Positions 10,427-21,867 of a DNA stretch of 64,000 bases are shown here, piece after piece; within the stretch, counting starts at the first letter, position 1, and each line of letters begins with the position of its first letter. Under the pieces are notes generated by a model. The model saw only the letters and a program-made list of their open reading frames with translations, did no database searches and had not been told where the DNA came from. Origin of the DNA: Pseudogymnoascus verrucosus. Its lineage: Eukaryota. The translations under genes and the position numbers were made by a program. The stretch lies in the NCBI GenBank assembly GCA_001662655.1, contig KV460258.1; one strand, written 5' to 3'.

Positions 10427-11190
10427 ATGGGAGACGAACAAGAGACACAGTCTGCTGATACTTCAGAGACCATGCCATCTCCTGTTGGGCAGCGTCGAGC
10501 TTTGTTTCCAGAACAGCCTCATCCATCGTTAAGAGCCGACAGAGAATTATGGTCTGTAGGAGAAAGGGCTATTCCATCATTTGCCTGCAATCCATGGGAC
10601 TTTTACGAGAAATTTATCGAACTCCGCACTGGGAGCTTTCTAGTTCTCTGTAATGACAGGTCTACTGTGCGAGTAATTCATCTCTTTGGAGAGGATACAC
10701 ATGCAGAAGACACAGTTTGTAATTCCCCTGCGACGATTTGTAGTTCCCCTGCGAACTCCGCTAGATTAGTCTCTGCAAAAGTAGTCCGCTTCCCTCTCCT
10801 CCCTACCAGGCATCAGAATTTTGTTGCTATTTGTGAAGCATATCTATTTAATCATCAAATATTTGCTATTACCGAATATGCTGGATTTTCTCTTGAAACC
10901 CTTCTACAACGCGGCATCTGCCCCTTGGAACGTGAGATAGCATATATCATCAGTCAAGCGAGTTGAGCCCTACATCCTTAATCCTAAGTTAATTCAACAG
11001 GTTCTGGCGGGTATACGGTTCATCTGGTTAAGGAAACTCGACTATCCCTGTATATCGGCACGAAATGTATTGATTTCTCCGAAAGGTGAGGTGAAGTTGG
11101 GAAAAACATGGCACTTCCCTATAATCAAGCCTACCGACCTTCGCACAGTAAGTTTCTACAACTGTTCGCATTATGCATACGCTGACTATA
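10427..11190 (+). pseudogene. Protein-kinase-like gene, degenerate and 3'-truncated
   Basis: RHQNFVAICEAYLFNHQIFAITEYAGFSLETLL...LEREIAYIISQ, then a GC-AG intron (10958-11000), then VLAGIRFIWLRKLDYPCISARNVLISPKGEVKL (subdomains IV-VII). HRD is absent and no C-lobe follows. Confidence 0.65.
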
Positions 11191-11745
11191 GAAGGGGGTC
11201 TCATGGGACAACTCAAGCTGGGCCGGTTCTTCGATAATTAGCTGTGGTTTTGGTGGGTGCGAGTGGCACACTGCTGGGGGCTCGCCTGGTGGAGATTCGC
11301 TTCGGCCTCTCTGGGAAGCTATATTTTCCTCATACACGCAGCCGATGATGATTTCATCAAGAATTGTTCTCGTGTATGCCTCGTTATAGAGGCTGTCACC
11401 GCCCGTCACATGCTTTATTCGAGCGATAGAATCGATGAGGTATTGGGGGACTGGGTTTGCCTCCCCAGTGAGGATGAGTTCATTCCCGTCTGTGAACCCA
11501 AAAATCTCCATGGCCTCGTGGAGGAGGAGGAGCGAGCTTGGCGCAATCTGTTGATATTAGACCATAGTTATTAAAACAGTATATATTCTTACGGTTGCAG
11601 CCTTCTTTGTCGCTTGCAGTCTTATATTCTGTTCGACCTCTGCTTGTAATTTCTCCCATGCGAGTTTGTAGTCGCTAGGCTTCTCCTCAAACGCCTTGAT
11701 CAGAAACCTGGCATCCGCAACAACTCGCTTTTACAAACCACTCAT
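11191..11745 (-). pseudogene. Truncated pseudogene, possibly of a fungal restriction-endonuclease-like (Crinkler-type) family
   Basis: ATG at 11745, TAA at codon 5 (11731-11733), GT-AG intron ~11548-11592, then ...NEAYTRTILDEIIIGCV...QLELSHETPF. The family guess rests only on the NEA..R..I/L pattern. Confidence 0.5.
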
Positions 11746-12075
11746 TTTGAATTTATAACTGGCGCATATAATCGGAATTGCTGTAGATAGAATTGCTGTA
11801 GATACTATTGAGAATCCCGTATTATCTGGCGTTATATAGAGCTTTACGGGGAATGGTGTGTGTCACCACTTTGGCAATGTACACTAATAAAGCGCTAAAT
11901 GCAGGGAACTCTTAAGAGGTACGGCAGACTACAGCTAATTTTGTATGGCGTGTATGGTACCTACCTCTTCCATACTACACAAACTTTATTTTAGTAGTCC
12001 ATGCGCTATAACTAAAGCGGATTAGATCGCCCGCCCCCATTTGATCCCACGTCTACATTTAATTAATCGTACTCA

Positions 12076-12136
12076 AGGAAACCAGATCCGGTGGCATTGG
12101 TCGGAGAGAGGCAGCGGATTATCTCCGGTCCATGTG
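12076..12136 (+). repeat. 61-bp dispersed direct repeat, copy of 18313-18373
   Basis: AGGAAACCAGATCCGG...GGCAGCGGATTATCTCCGGTCCATGTG; 57 of 61 bases identical. Confidence 0.95.
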
Positions 12137-12290
12137 TTGGAGATTCCGGGGATGATCCGGGTTTTGCCAAGAAATAGCCCTGCATATGGGCGTCTCCCAG
12201 GCCTATCCCATTTGTTGGAGATTCCGGGGATAACTTGGGAATTGCTAAGGAATAGTCCTATTTTTGGGCGTTTCTCCAGGGTATCCCATT
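12135..12290 (+). repeat. Two diverged 78-bp tandem units, possibly the start of a solo LTR reaching ~12490
   Basis: TGTTGGAGATTCCGGGGAT at 12135 and 12213; both units contain GGGCGT and end TATCCCATT. Confidence 0.75.
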
Positions 12291-12639
12291 GGCTTCTCTA
12301 GGTCTGGTGACTAGCTGAAGAGACAGTGGTCAGAAACTCAGGCTTTCGGCCACCCCCCCAGAAATCTCATAAGTAGTCACGTAGCCCATCGAGTAGAGCA
12401 AGGTGGTATAGTATCAAACGAGTGCCTTGAGTTCAGGTCGGATCCTAATCTTCATCTATGAGTGTGCCTAGCTGTAGTTTACGCCTTTAAGCTAGGTTAA
12501 GGTGCTATATGAGCTAGAAGAAGAAACTATCACTATACTCGATATATGGCCTTATGATGGTGACTAGACATAAAAAGGGCAAAATCTTATAATTGTGGCA
12601 TCTCTCCTTTCTCGCTCTAACTTCTGTTCACGCGCCGAT

Positions 12640-13389
12640 TCATTCAAGGTCCTTATTATGCGGCAAATATGCCCACCTCATCCTCTTCTCCTGAATCCAA
12701 TCCGGTTTATTTTCCATCATCAAGCGGTCTAGCGCATTATAATTCACCATGGGTTCCGCTGCCAACGGCACAGGCCGCTGAAACATACCCATAGAGTTCA
12801 AGATGTCTTCCTGAATGCTGGCTAGCCACGGGTGCACTGCTGATACGTAGTCGTGAACAGTGATAAACCCGTTCTCCCCAGCTGCAGGCTTCACCACCAA
12901 CTTCACCGCCTTTCCACGCGGTCGTACTTCGTCACAGCAGATCAATAGATGATCGTCAGAACCCTCCTCCCACTCGTCCTCTGGGCCGAGATCGGGGAGC
13001 TCTCCATACCGGGCGCTTGGCTCGCCGCTGCCGCCTGGTGAAGAGTGCTCTTCATGATCTTCAAGCCAATAATCCTCCTAGACGTTAAGATTGTCGACTG
13101 ATACTGTAATGGACGAGACCTTGGGCTCAGTAAGCGGCATCTGCGAGACTGGGTGCCAGATGCCGGCGCCGTCAGATGTTTGTTTGAAATACGGTTCGAG
13201 AGAGTCGGGACTCGAAGCATCTTTCATTATCGAAATGGAGGTAGAAAGCGGACCATCTAGAGGCCAGAAGAGGCGCTGGGTGGTGTCGAGAGTAATTCGC
13301 GGAGGCTCCTTTTTGGCCCTGAGCGCCTCAAAGGATGGATATGGGGGCAGCTGTGCCTCGTTTGGCGGACTAGAATGCGAGATAGCCAT
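12640..13389 (-). pseudogene. Fungal hypothetical protein gene (249 codons) with a single in-frame TAG
   Basis: ORFs 13078-13401 and 12640-12945 are in the same frame and the sequence between them is open: ...VDNLNV*EDYWLEDHEEH...LLICCDEVRP...FITVHDYVSAVHPWL. TAG at 13078-13080 is codon 104. Confidence 0.75.
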
Positions 13390-14249
13390 TTTTCGTCGCA
13401 AGTTGAGCCCGCGGAGATAAGGGTTGGGAATGGAATATGAGGTTCCTCAGTCTCGTCATGTAGTGTAATTACCCAGGCGCAAGGGTCCTGCAGGGGATGT
13501 TGGCGCGTAAAAGTGACAACACAATGGCAGTAGTTTTGCGTGGTGATAGGATCCAACGCAAGATAGAAGTATTACGCGATGATGAGAAGAAGACACCAAC
13601 AGAAATGATAACGATGAGAGTATACCATGCAGCAGGTAGGAGTGCCTCTTTTTACCATACACCAAATAACTAGCCGTTTGATGGCGCACAATAGAAGAAG
13701 ACAAACGTAGTTGAACTTATCCTGCAAGCCAAAGCTTTGCTTGATCTTGGAAATACTTCTTGCTCATAGGGAGATTAGGACGGAGACAATCTCGAGGGTA
13801 GCGCAGAAACATATCAACATCCGCCGAAGATATTAGCTTGGCCAAGTATGTTGTTATGTTCTCGGTGCAGGCGCGGTAGGACTAGATGGAGACTATGAAG
13901 ACCAAATATTTGCCTAGCTCTATATTCCCACTCATATGATTTAGATAAGTTGGGCTCTGTGTAGGACTTGTTGGAAATCCTTCTGTTGGAGTACAGTGGC
14001 TACTACTCACCATGTGATTGATTAGTTGGGGATTCTCGCCAAGCCAGGAATCCCGGCCTTCTCCCGAATTCCCAAAAGAACTCTAGGTCGAATTCATCCG
14101 AGACCGCACGCCAAATGCCCGATGCCCGCTGCAGAGGGCCATTGAACATAAAACGTCGGTGTTAAATCGGGCGAAGTCAATTGTATAAATGTTCTAATTT
14201 AATTAGAGCCAGTTGCGCACCAATCAAGATTAAGCAACGATTAAGTATG

Positions 14250-14327
14250 AGATCTCTATCCAGAACTACCCCTCATACTCATAGTATACTCACTCATAGT
14301 ATGAGGGGTAGTTATGGATAGAGATCT
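14250..14327. repeat. 78-bp hairpin (30-bp arms with 1 mismatch, 18-nt loop)
   Basis: AGATCTCTATCCAGAACTACCCCTCATACT (14250-14279) pairs with AGTATGAGGGGTAGTTATGGATAGAGATCT (14298-14327). Confidence 0.95.
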
Positions 14328-14429
14328 TCCGTCATGTTTTGAGATTGACATATATATTAAGTAGGAAACCAACGTCTAAGTTATTCTGTTCTATTTTACT
14401 ATGTAACATATCAATTATTCTCGTGAAAA

Positions 14430-15832
14430 ATGCACAACATGACGAATGATCTGAAAGTTCTCTTTTCTTTCCTCCTCTTCGTTATTGCAGTGAGCGCCAC
14501 TCCAAGAGGTCCCAAGCTTCCATTCAAGCTCCCTTTCCATACAGATGGCAGTCCACATATCCGGTCTGCGCATGGCGACATAGTCCGGCTAGTTGGAACA
14601 AACTGGCCAGGACACCAAGAGGCCATGATTCCAGAAGGTCTTCAATATTCATCCATTAAAGACATCGTTAGCAAGATCCGAGGTTTGGAACTCAATGTCG
14701 TTCGCCTAACATACGCTACGGAAATGGTAGACGACATTTTTGATAACGGAGGAGATGTCACGCTAAAAGACACACTCAATAATGCTCTGGGAACCGCAAA
14801 CGGGACCATTATCCTGAACCAGATTCTGAAGAAAAATCCCCAGTTCTCTCCAAAGACAAAACGACTTGATGTCTTTGATGCAGTTGCAAACGAATTAGCC
14901 AGCCAGGGGATTTATGTCCACCTTGACAACCATGTGTCCAAGGCGATTTGGTGCTGTGGCGGTTCTGATGGAAATGCTTGGTTTGGTGACACACATTTTG
15001 ATGTATCAAAATGGATTCGTGGATGGAAATACATAGCAAGACATGTAAGTTAACCTGACCTTTCGAAAAACCCTTTTTTTAAACGTACTGTTATACAGCA
15101 TAACTCAAGAAAGTGTCTAACAAAATCTATTAGGGAGCAAAGCACTGGCCATCATTATCATCAATCAGCTTTCGCAATGAGCTACGCAAGCCAGATGTTG
15201 ACCGCGGCGACCCATACGACTGGTACACCTGGTACACGCACATGACTGAAGCAGCAGCTGCCGTCCATTCCGCCGCTCCAAACGTCCTTCTGGTATTCTC
15301 TGGCCTAGACTACGACACCAAAATCAGTCCCATAATCAAGGGATTGCCCCTGACTGGAACATCCGGGACTTCCAGTGCGGGCAAGAGCGTTGTTTTCCAG
15401 CCCTCCACCCTCCCCTACGCCAATCGCATCGTATTGGAACTACATAAATACGACTTTGAAAACACCCACGCTTCATGTGAAGATTTTGGAAACTCTCTAT
15501 ATAACGCTGGCTACAGCTCCTTGAACACCACCGACCCGGCTACAAAGTACAGTTTCCCCGTGCTGCTTACCGAATGGGGCTTCATCCAGAATGGAACATA
15601 CTGGCGTGACACCACGTACAACAAGTGTCTGATTGCATTCATGGAAAAGTGGAAACCGTCCGGTTGGATGCAGTGGGAGTTGGCGGGCAGCTTTTACGTG
15701 CAGACGCGGGCAACTACTGTGCAGGATGCCGATGAGACGTGGGGCTTGTTGACGCATGATTGGAGTGCGATTCGGAGCCAGGTTACTGTTGATGAGAGCC
15801 TAAGCAAGATGGTTGACGCGACTTTGCGTTAA
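14430..15832 (+). CDS. Secreted glycoside hydrolase family 5 (resembles GH5_16 beta-1,6-galactanase)
   Basis: Signal peptide; GTNWPGHQEAMIPEGLQY, LNVVRLTYA, VHLDNHVSKAIWCC, acid/base RNELR, ELHKY and nucleophile LTEWG. One intron ~15045-15133. Confidence 0.9.
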
Positions 15833-16199
15833 GGGAGGTGGGGGGTGGGGACGTGGACTAATGATTTGGGCGTACGTTTACTGAATTAAAGCCACTTCAG
15901 CAGTTACCTTCGTTAGGCCTCTAAATCTAAAACCATAGCTGTCACTAACCTAAGATAAATGCCTACCTTACATTTATTACCGACATTTCGAGCCTTTGAA
16001 GCGAAGGCTTACACTCAACGTTTCAACGCGACCATACGCAGAGAGGACAAAGATTGTCTTGCGAGAATTTAGTAGAAAGTTGCACGGGATAATGATTGCA
16101 CAGACTATAACTACCCTACCCCAGATCTATGTTTTTATTACTAAAAGGCTCAAAACCTACTATAAGATGGCGGGGTGTGCGGGGTAAACGGGCGGGCAT

Positions 16200-17051
16200 C
16201 GGCGGAATGGTCGGAACAACTTGGCCCATTTGTGACTCCAAGCCCACGACGAGTCGAACGGTCGTCATACTGGTACGGAAAGGTATGCAGATCTAGATGT
16301 TCTCTATGTATTAAGCCAGCCATCACACAGCGAAGCAGCGTTTTTATTCATAGCAGGTGCGCATACTTACTTCGAAAGTTTACCCCTGAGCTAAGAAGAT
16401 GGGGACAAGTTGCTTTCAGCCGATGATTATTTTTGCTGGTAATTGAGAGAGAATACTGCTGGACACGCTTACGCAACCGCGCAACAACAGCGCCAGCGAC
16501 GAGGGAATTGAGCCGAGGGAGTTGAGCCCGAAACAGTTGATTAAGGCGTGGATACGGATGAAGCGTGGCTGTGGGTTCTACCTCGTTTGCGTGGGATGAT
16601 CCCGCTAACTTCTGTGCAAGTGGCGCCGAGGGAGGAGATCGTCAGGGACGAAAGCGTTCTTATCAATTCCCGATAAATTTACCAGCGGTGACCGCAGGTT
16701 GTAGCCAAAGATCTATGTAGTTAGTTCTGGCCCGGTAGAGGAGAGGCGCTCGCGTGGGCACAGGCTGAGGGTGTAGGAGGTTGAGAGGGGATTGGGGGTT
16801 AAGTAGTCTGCGGCTTTGGGGTCTAGGTCGAGGAAGCGCAGGGCGGTGACAAGGAGGTGGTATTGCAAGGCTGTGAATTGGGTATCGGGTGTAAAAAAGT
16901 ATGTTAGGGGGAAGGCAGTGGTGAGGAAGCTGGTGGCGACGAGGCGTTTGGCGTGGTGGTGGTGGAGGAGAGGCTGTCTAGCTGAGGTGTGTGGATGTTC
17001 AATTAGCGTAGGTGAGTTCTGTAGAGGAAGTGAGTCCTCATTTTGAATCAT
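16200..17051 (-). pseudogene. Possible degenerate gene remnant of unknown family
   Basis: The 112-aa ORF ends at TAG (16713) but continues in frame as IFGYNL; further downstream there are several stops and frameshifts. Confidence 0.3.
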
Positions 17052-17209
17052 CTAAATACTACGAGACAAAATTAAGCAATTTATTTAAACGTATGCTATC
17101 TATTTAGATACAGTGACTAACGATTAAGCTACGGCCCCTATTTCATTTCATACCAACCTACTAATAGCGCATTATAAGCTAGTATAGACATCTGTATTAG
17201 ATCTACCAC

Positions 17210-18107
17210 CTACCTACCACTGAGTTCAGCAAGACCCGACTCTCCGTTTGCTAGATATGTGGTGAGTGCGTAGGACAGAAACGTGTTGAAGAGCCAACTG
17301 AGTGAAGAGGCCTGCCCTCGTCGAACAAAGCCAGTGCGGCCACTAAGAACGTCATTGACCACATTATTCGCTGCCACATCCACATTCTGTTTCTTGTTGT
17401 GAATCAATGCCTTATTATGGCGATTTATAATGGCGGCTATCTTCTGATAGTATGAATTTGCGGGCAGCTCGAGGTCCTTTCTATTATCGGGGTTGTTTCC
17501 AGTTGTTTCGACGCCTCCAAGTATGACTGTGACGACCTTCACACCGAGAGGTTCCATCTCAAGGCGTAATGTCTCAGAAATCCGCGTCATGGCAGCCTTA
17601 GAGCTGCTGTATATACCTATATCTGAGTAAGCCTAGGGCACTAGACGTTTATGGGGAAAGTTGCCACCGACCCTGCCAGGCGAAGACTAATTCGGAAGAA
17701 ACTGAACTGATGTTGCAGATAGTTCCTCTGGATTTGATGAGCATTGGCGCGAATGCCTGCGTCATTAAAAGTACTGCCCAAACATTGCTGTCGTACATCT
17801 TCTTAGCGTCGTCGACCGACGTGTCGAGCAGAGGCATGATGGTGGAGATGCCAGCGTTATTAACCAGAATATCGAGCGATCCTCCTGTAAGCTTCTCAAC
17901 GGCTTTCGCACATTGATAAACGGATTCTTCTGATGTGACGTCGAGTTCGAGAATTTCTATGCCCTCTATGTCCGCTAGAGATCCGACCTTGACCCTGTTG
18001 CGTAGGGTCGCGAAGACCCTGAATCCTCTGGCCTGATAAGCCTTTGCCATTGCCGCCCCAAGTCCGCCATTGCTGCAACCAGTGACCACGACTGTCTTCT
18101 CTGGCAT
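17210..18107 (-). CDS. Short-chain dehydrogenase/reductase (AYR1-like)
   Basis: TGCSNGGLG Rossmann motif, LDVT, NNAG, NISS and catalytic YSSSK after one intron (~17618-17670). Confidence 0.93.
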
Positions 18108-18312
18108 ATTGGCTCTTAGAGGTAGAAGAGAAGGTTGATAGTATAAAGACTTGATGGTATGAAGACTTGACAGTATGATTATTCGATTATATGAGAAGTC
18201 TAATGTATGAGCTGAATTGGTATTAGAGCGAAAGATATAGGCAGTACTCTGTTTATATATACGTCCAAGGCTGGAAAGGTTAATAAGACCTATTAGTGAG
18301 CAAGCGGACTTC

Positions 18313-18844
18313 AGGAAACCAGATCCGGCGGCATTACTCGGAGGGAGGCAGCGGATTATCTCCGGTCCATGTGCCCAAGTATGTGCGACAATGCGGGCCT
18401 ATGGACATTGGGCTATGGACATTTCACTTAAGGACCGACGGCGTCATACTTTGTAGACAAAGGCACCACCGTCCCCTTTTTCCTAAGCTGGAATGGAACC
18501 ATATTAGGAACCGCAATGGGTGTCTTCGATTATGAGGTCTCCTGAGCAAAATGGGAGACTAGAGGTAGGATGAGTGTCTACTAAGTACGTCTTCAAACCG
18601 GCAATCTAGTAGTGGGCTAAATAAATTAGTACGTCTAGGCCATAGCAAAGGCTTCAAGATAGGAATAGCAAAGCAGTGGGTGTTGTAATAGCAAGAATCG
18701 GATCTATTCCCGTTCACTTGTCGATCGAGGTTCGTAGTCGGCATGAGGTTCATCCGAGCCGAGAGTGCTTCTCTCTAACCACATTAGGCACCGATTGGAA
18801 CGGAGGTAAACCCGTTGGAGGTAATTCCGTCGGAGGTAATCCCG
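18313..18844. promoter_or_regulatory. Bidirectional promoter with candidate Zn2Cys6 binding sites
   Basis: Three 15-bp units YGG-AGGTAAWY-CCG at 18801, 18816 and 18831, plus the reverse-oriented related site CGGATTATCTCCG at 18352-18364. Confidence 0.6.
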
Positions 18845-18953
18845 AGGGAGTTTCATTTCCTATACTTACATCCCTGCCCACATCTATCTATGATTCCTTA
18901 GGATTTCGGAATTTCTAGCATGACTTATTCTCATCATTCCGCCAGTTGGTGCC

Positions 18954-21115
18954 ATGGAGAGAGTTAGACCAGCCGCTGGTTACTCCAGCACTTATGGACA
19001 AGCTTGCATGCACTGTTACAAAGCAAAGTGCCGGTGCGTGCCTAGTCCAAGGGCCGATAGCTGCGAAAGGTTGATATGCTTCATGTTAACACAAGCCTAT
19101 TGATGCAGCGCACATGGCTAATAGAATCGCAGATGTCATCGCCTCAGAAAGGAGTGCCTGCCATCCGACTCGGCTCGCCGGCGAAATGCTCATAGATCCG
19201 AAGAGTCTGATACGCGAATCGCCCAGCTGGAGGGCAGGATAGAAATCATGCTATCTGCGATGCAATCGATGGCTGGCTCCTCTGGATCTTCAGCTGAAAT
19301 TCTTCGGCTCCTTGACGAGGAGAGGATCCCATTGTCCACATCCCGCATCAACGACACCCCAGCAACATCCATTAGCACTAACCCAAGCATCAGTCGAGTA
19401 CCAAAGCCCGCAACGGACCCGTCTCCCATGGTACAGGCTCGTATAGATTTATCCTCTCCGTTTCCATACTCCCCATCTCCGCCTGAGCCATCGTTACGCC
19501 ACGCAGAGGAGTGTCTCGAGTTCTTCCGCTCGCAGATGCTGCCGTACTTCCCCTTTATCAACCTAATCCCAGACATAACAGCTTGGCAACTACACCAAAA
19601 CCGGCCGTTCTTATTTCAGGCCATCCTCACCGTTACCACCTTCTCGACTCAGAAAAGGTTAGCCCGGAGTGAGGGCTTGAAGCGCATCCTGTTCACATCT
19701 GCTCTTCTCGAGGTCCAATCAAATATCGACCTGCTGCTTGGATTATTAACGTACCTAGCATGGAGTACTGATGCCTTTCTGGGCAGAGCAGACCTCGTAT
19801 CTCGCCTTATGATGCTGGCCATTTCACTGGTATACGATATGCGGTTGTTCAAGCCGCTTCGGCTAGATACGATACTAATGATGACAATAACCCAGGGGCA
19901 GGATTACGGAGGTGATCAAAATCCTAGCGATGAAACAGTTGCAGACTTCATGGAAAGGCAACGAGCAGTCCTAGCATGTTTTGTGTTAAGTTCCAAGTAC
20001 GCTCTGCCGCCTTATCCCATGTGGTTCAACAGCAATCCAGACTTATAAGAGTAACCTTTCTAACATGTATATCTTTATACTAGTATTTCATCTCACCTCG
20101 GGCGCATAGATGCTCTACGATGGACGCCCCAAATGGAAGAGGCGCTCCGTATCATTGAAACGAACACGGCATGTCTACCGGACAAGGCTTTTGCATTCCA
20201 GGTGCGCCTGCAGTTGCTCAAGCAAAAAGCAGCTCATATCCGAGAACAGAATGAGATAGATCGTTCTCGTACATCAACAGCTTCTGCGACTACCTCGATG
20301 CCAGGCTTATTATATCTCAAGACACTAAGGGAACAATTACATGGATTAATATCATCATTTCCTCCAGATATCGTTCAAAGAGGTGCGTGATTACTCACAT
20401 AAATGCGGAGTGGACCATATCGGTACATGATTTCTGACGTCTAGGAATGGGCGATGCCCAGCATATAGGCGCATTTATTACACACGCACATTACGTAGAA
20501 CTATACATCAATCAGCTAGCATATTCAATAAGCTGCGACTCACCACCTCTCAATCTGTCAGGCCCCAGGAGTGACGGTGGCCATTTACCCGGATTCGAAC
20601 GCCTCAAGTGTCTATGGGGATCCGTCGAAAGCATCAAGTCGTGGCTAGACAATTTCCACAAGTTCTCCCCATCAGACCTCGTCGGCCTCCCATTTCACTT
20701 CTGGTCTCAGATGATTCTGTGCGTCACGATTCTGAAGTACCTGTCGGTGCTCGAAGACCCGGCGTGGAATCGGCAAGACGTGCGGAACACAGTCGATCTG
20801 GTGGCGGCAATAGATCTTATGATACAGAAACTCGACCGGGTTGGCATAGAGTCGAGTCTCCAGTGCGATGACAGCCTATTCAAACTATTATCTAAGCTTT
20901 TGAGCAAGTGTCGTGTGTGGGCTGAGGCCCGGTTGAGCAGGGCTTCTCAGATGCAAGATGTGGAGGCTGGGGTAAACCAGGGTGCAGATCCTGGCGAAAC
21001 CAGTCAGAGCAGCAGCATCCCGGATATTGATCAGATGATGTGGATGCAGTCGATGGACTTGGAAAATGATCAGTGGTTCGAGGAAGCGCTGAACTTACCT
21101 TCGCCATTTTTCTAA
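18954..21115 (+). CDS. Zn(II)2Cys6 fungal transcription factor
   Basis: ACMHCYKAKCRCVPSPRADSCER-intron-CHRLRKEC binuclear cluster, and a fungal TF middle domain (FRSQMLPYFPFI, RPFLFQAIL, ERQRAVLACFVLSS). Introns near 19070-19132, 19997-20083 and 20383-~20468. Confidence 0.92.
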
Positions 21116-21867
21116 ATACGTCAATCTAACAACACACAAATTAATAATACTTTTATTTGACATGACCGAGTCCTCCACCATCAAAGCCGAGTATTTCAAA
21201 AACCGAAAGACTCGGAATCGCAATTCGTCGCAGCTATTAGCGTCTATCATGAAAACGACTAACAATTACACATCTAGCTACTACTATGCAGCTGCCACCA
21301 CATGCTCGACGCCCATATCAACCCCCCATCTCCCCCGAAACGCCCACCATCACTAACCCCACCCCTCCCGCCCCGGGGCTCCGTCACGGGGCCTTCTCAT
21401 CCCTCAACCAAGAACGCCTCAGCACCCCCCCCCCACCGTCTCACCCTCTTAGCACCCATCCCACAATCAGGCAGGCACAAAAGAGGAACGCATGCTCCAT
21501 GGAGAAAGTTGACAACCTCCTCTCCACCACCCCCGAATCAACTAAGCGGCTTCTTGACAGTTAGCCACTATCCCGAGAGGACATATCCACGCCCAAATTG
21601 GGCTACCGAATTCCCCCCTTTCCCCAACGTACCCTTCCATCATCAAAGCCCATCTGCTGCATTCTTCAACAATAGACCGGGCGAGAGGAAGGGGTAAGAG
21701 GCAGTGGCGGAGGAGCCTTTCTGGGGTAGATAGATCTTCTTTGGATAATGGCTGGCTGGCAATAAACCCACTTCTTGTTGTCGATGCCGCGGAAAACAAG
21801 TTGCCCAACTTACTCGATCGAATTCGCACTCGTCTCATGTGCCTGCCGTGACGTGCACGCAAGTCAA

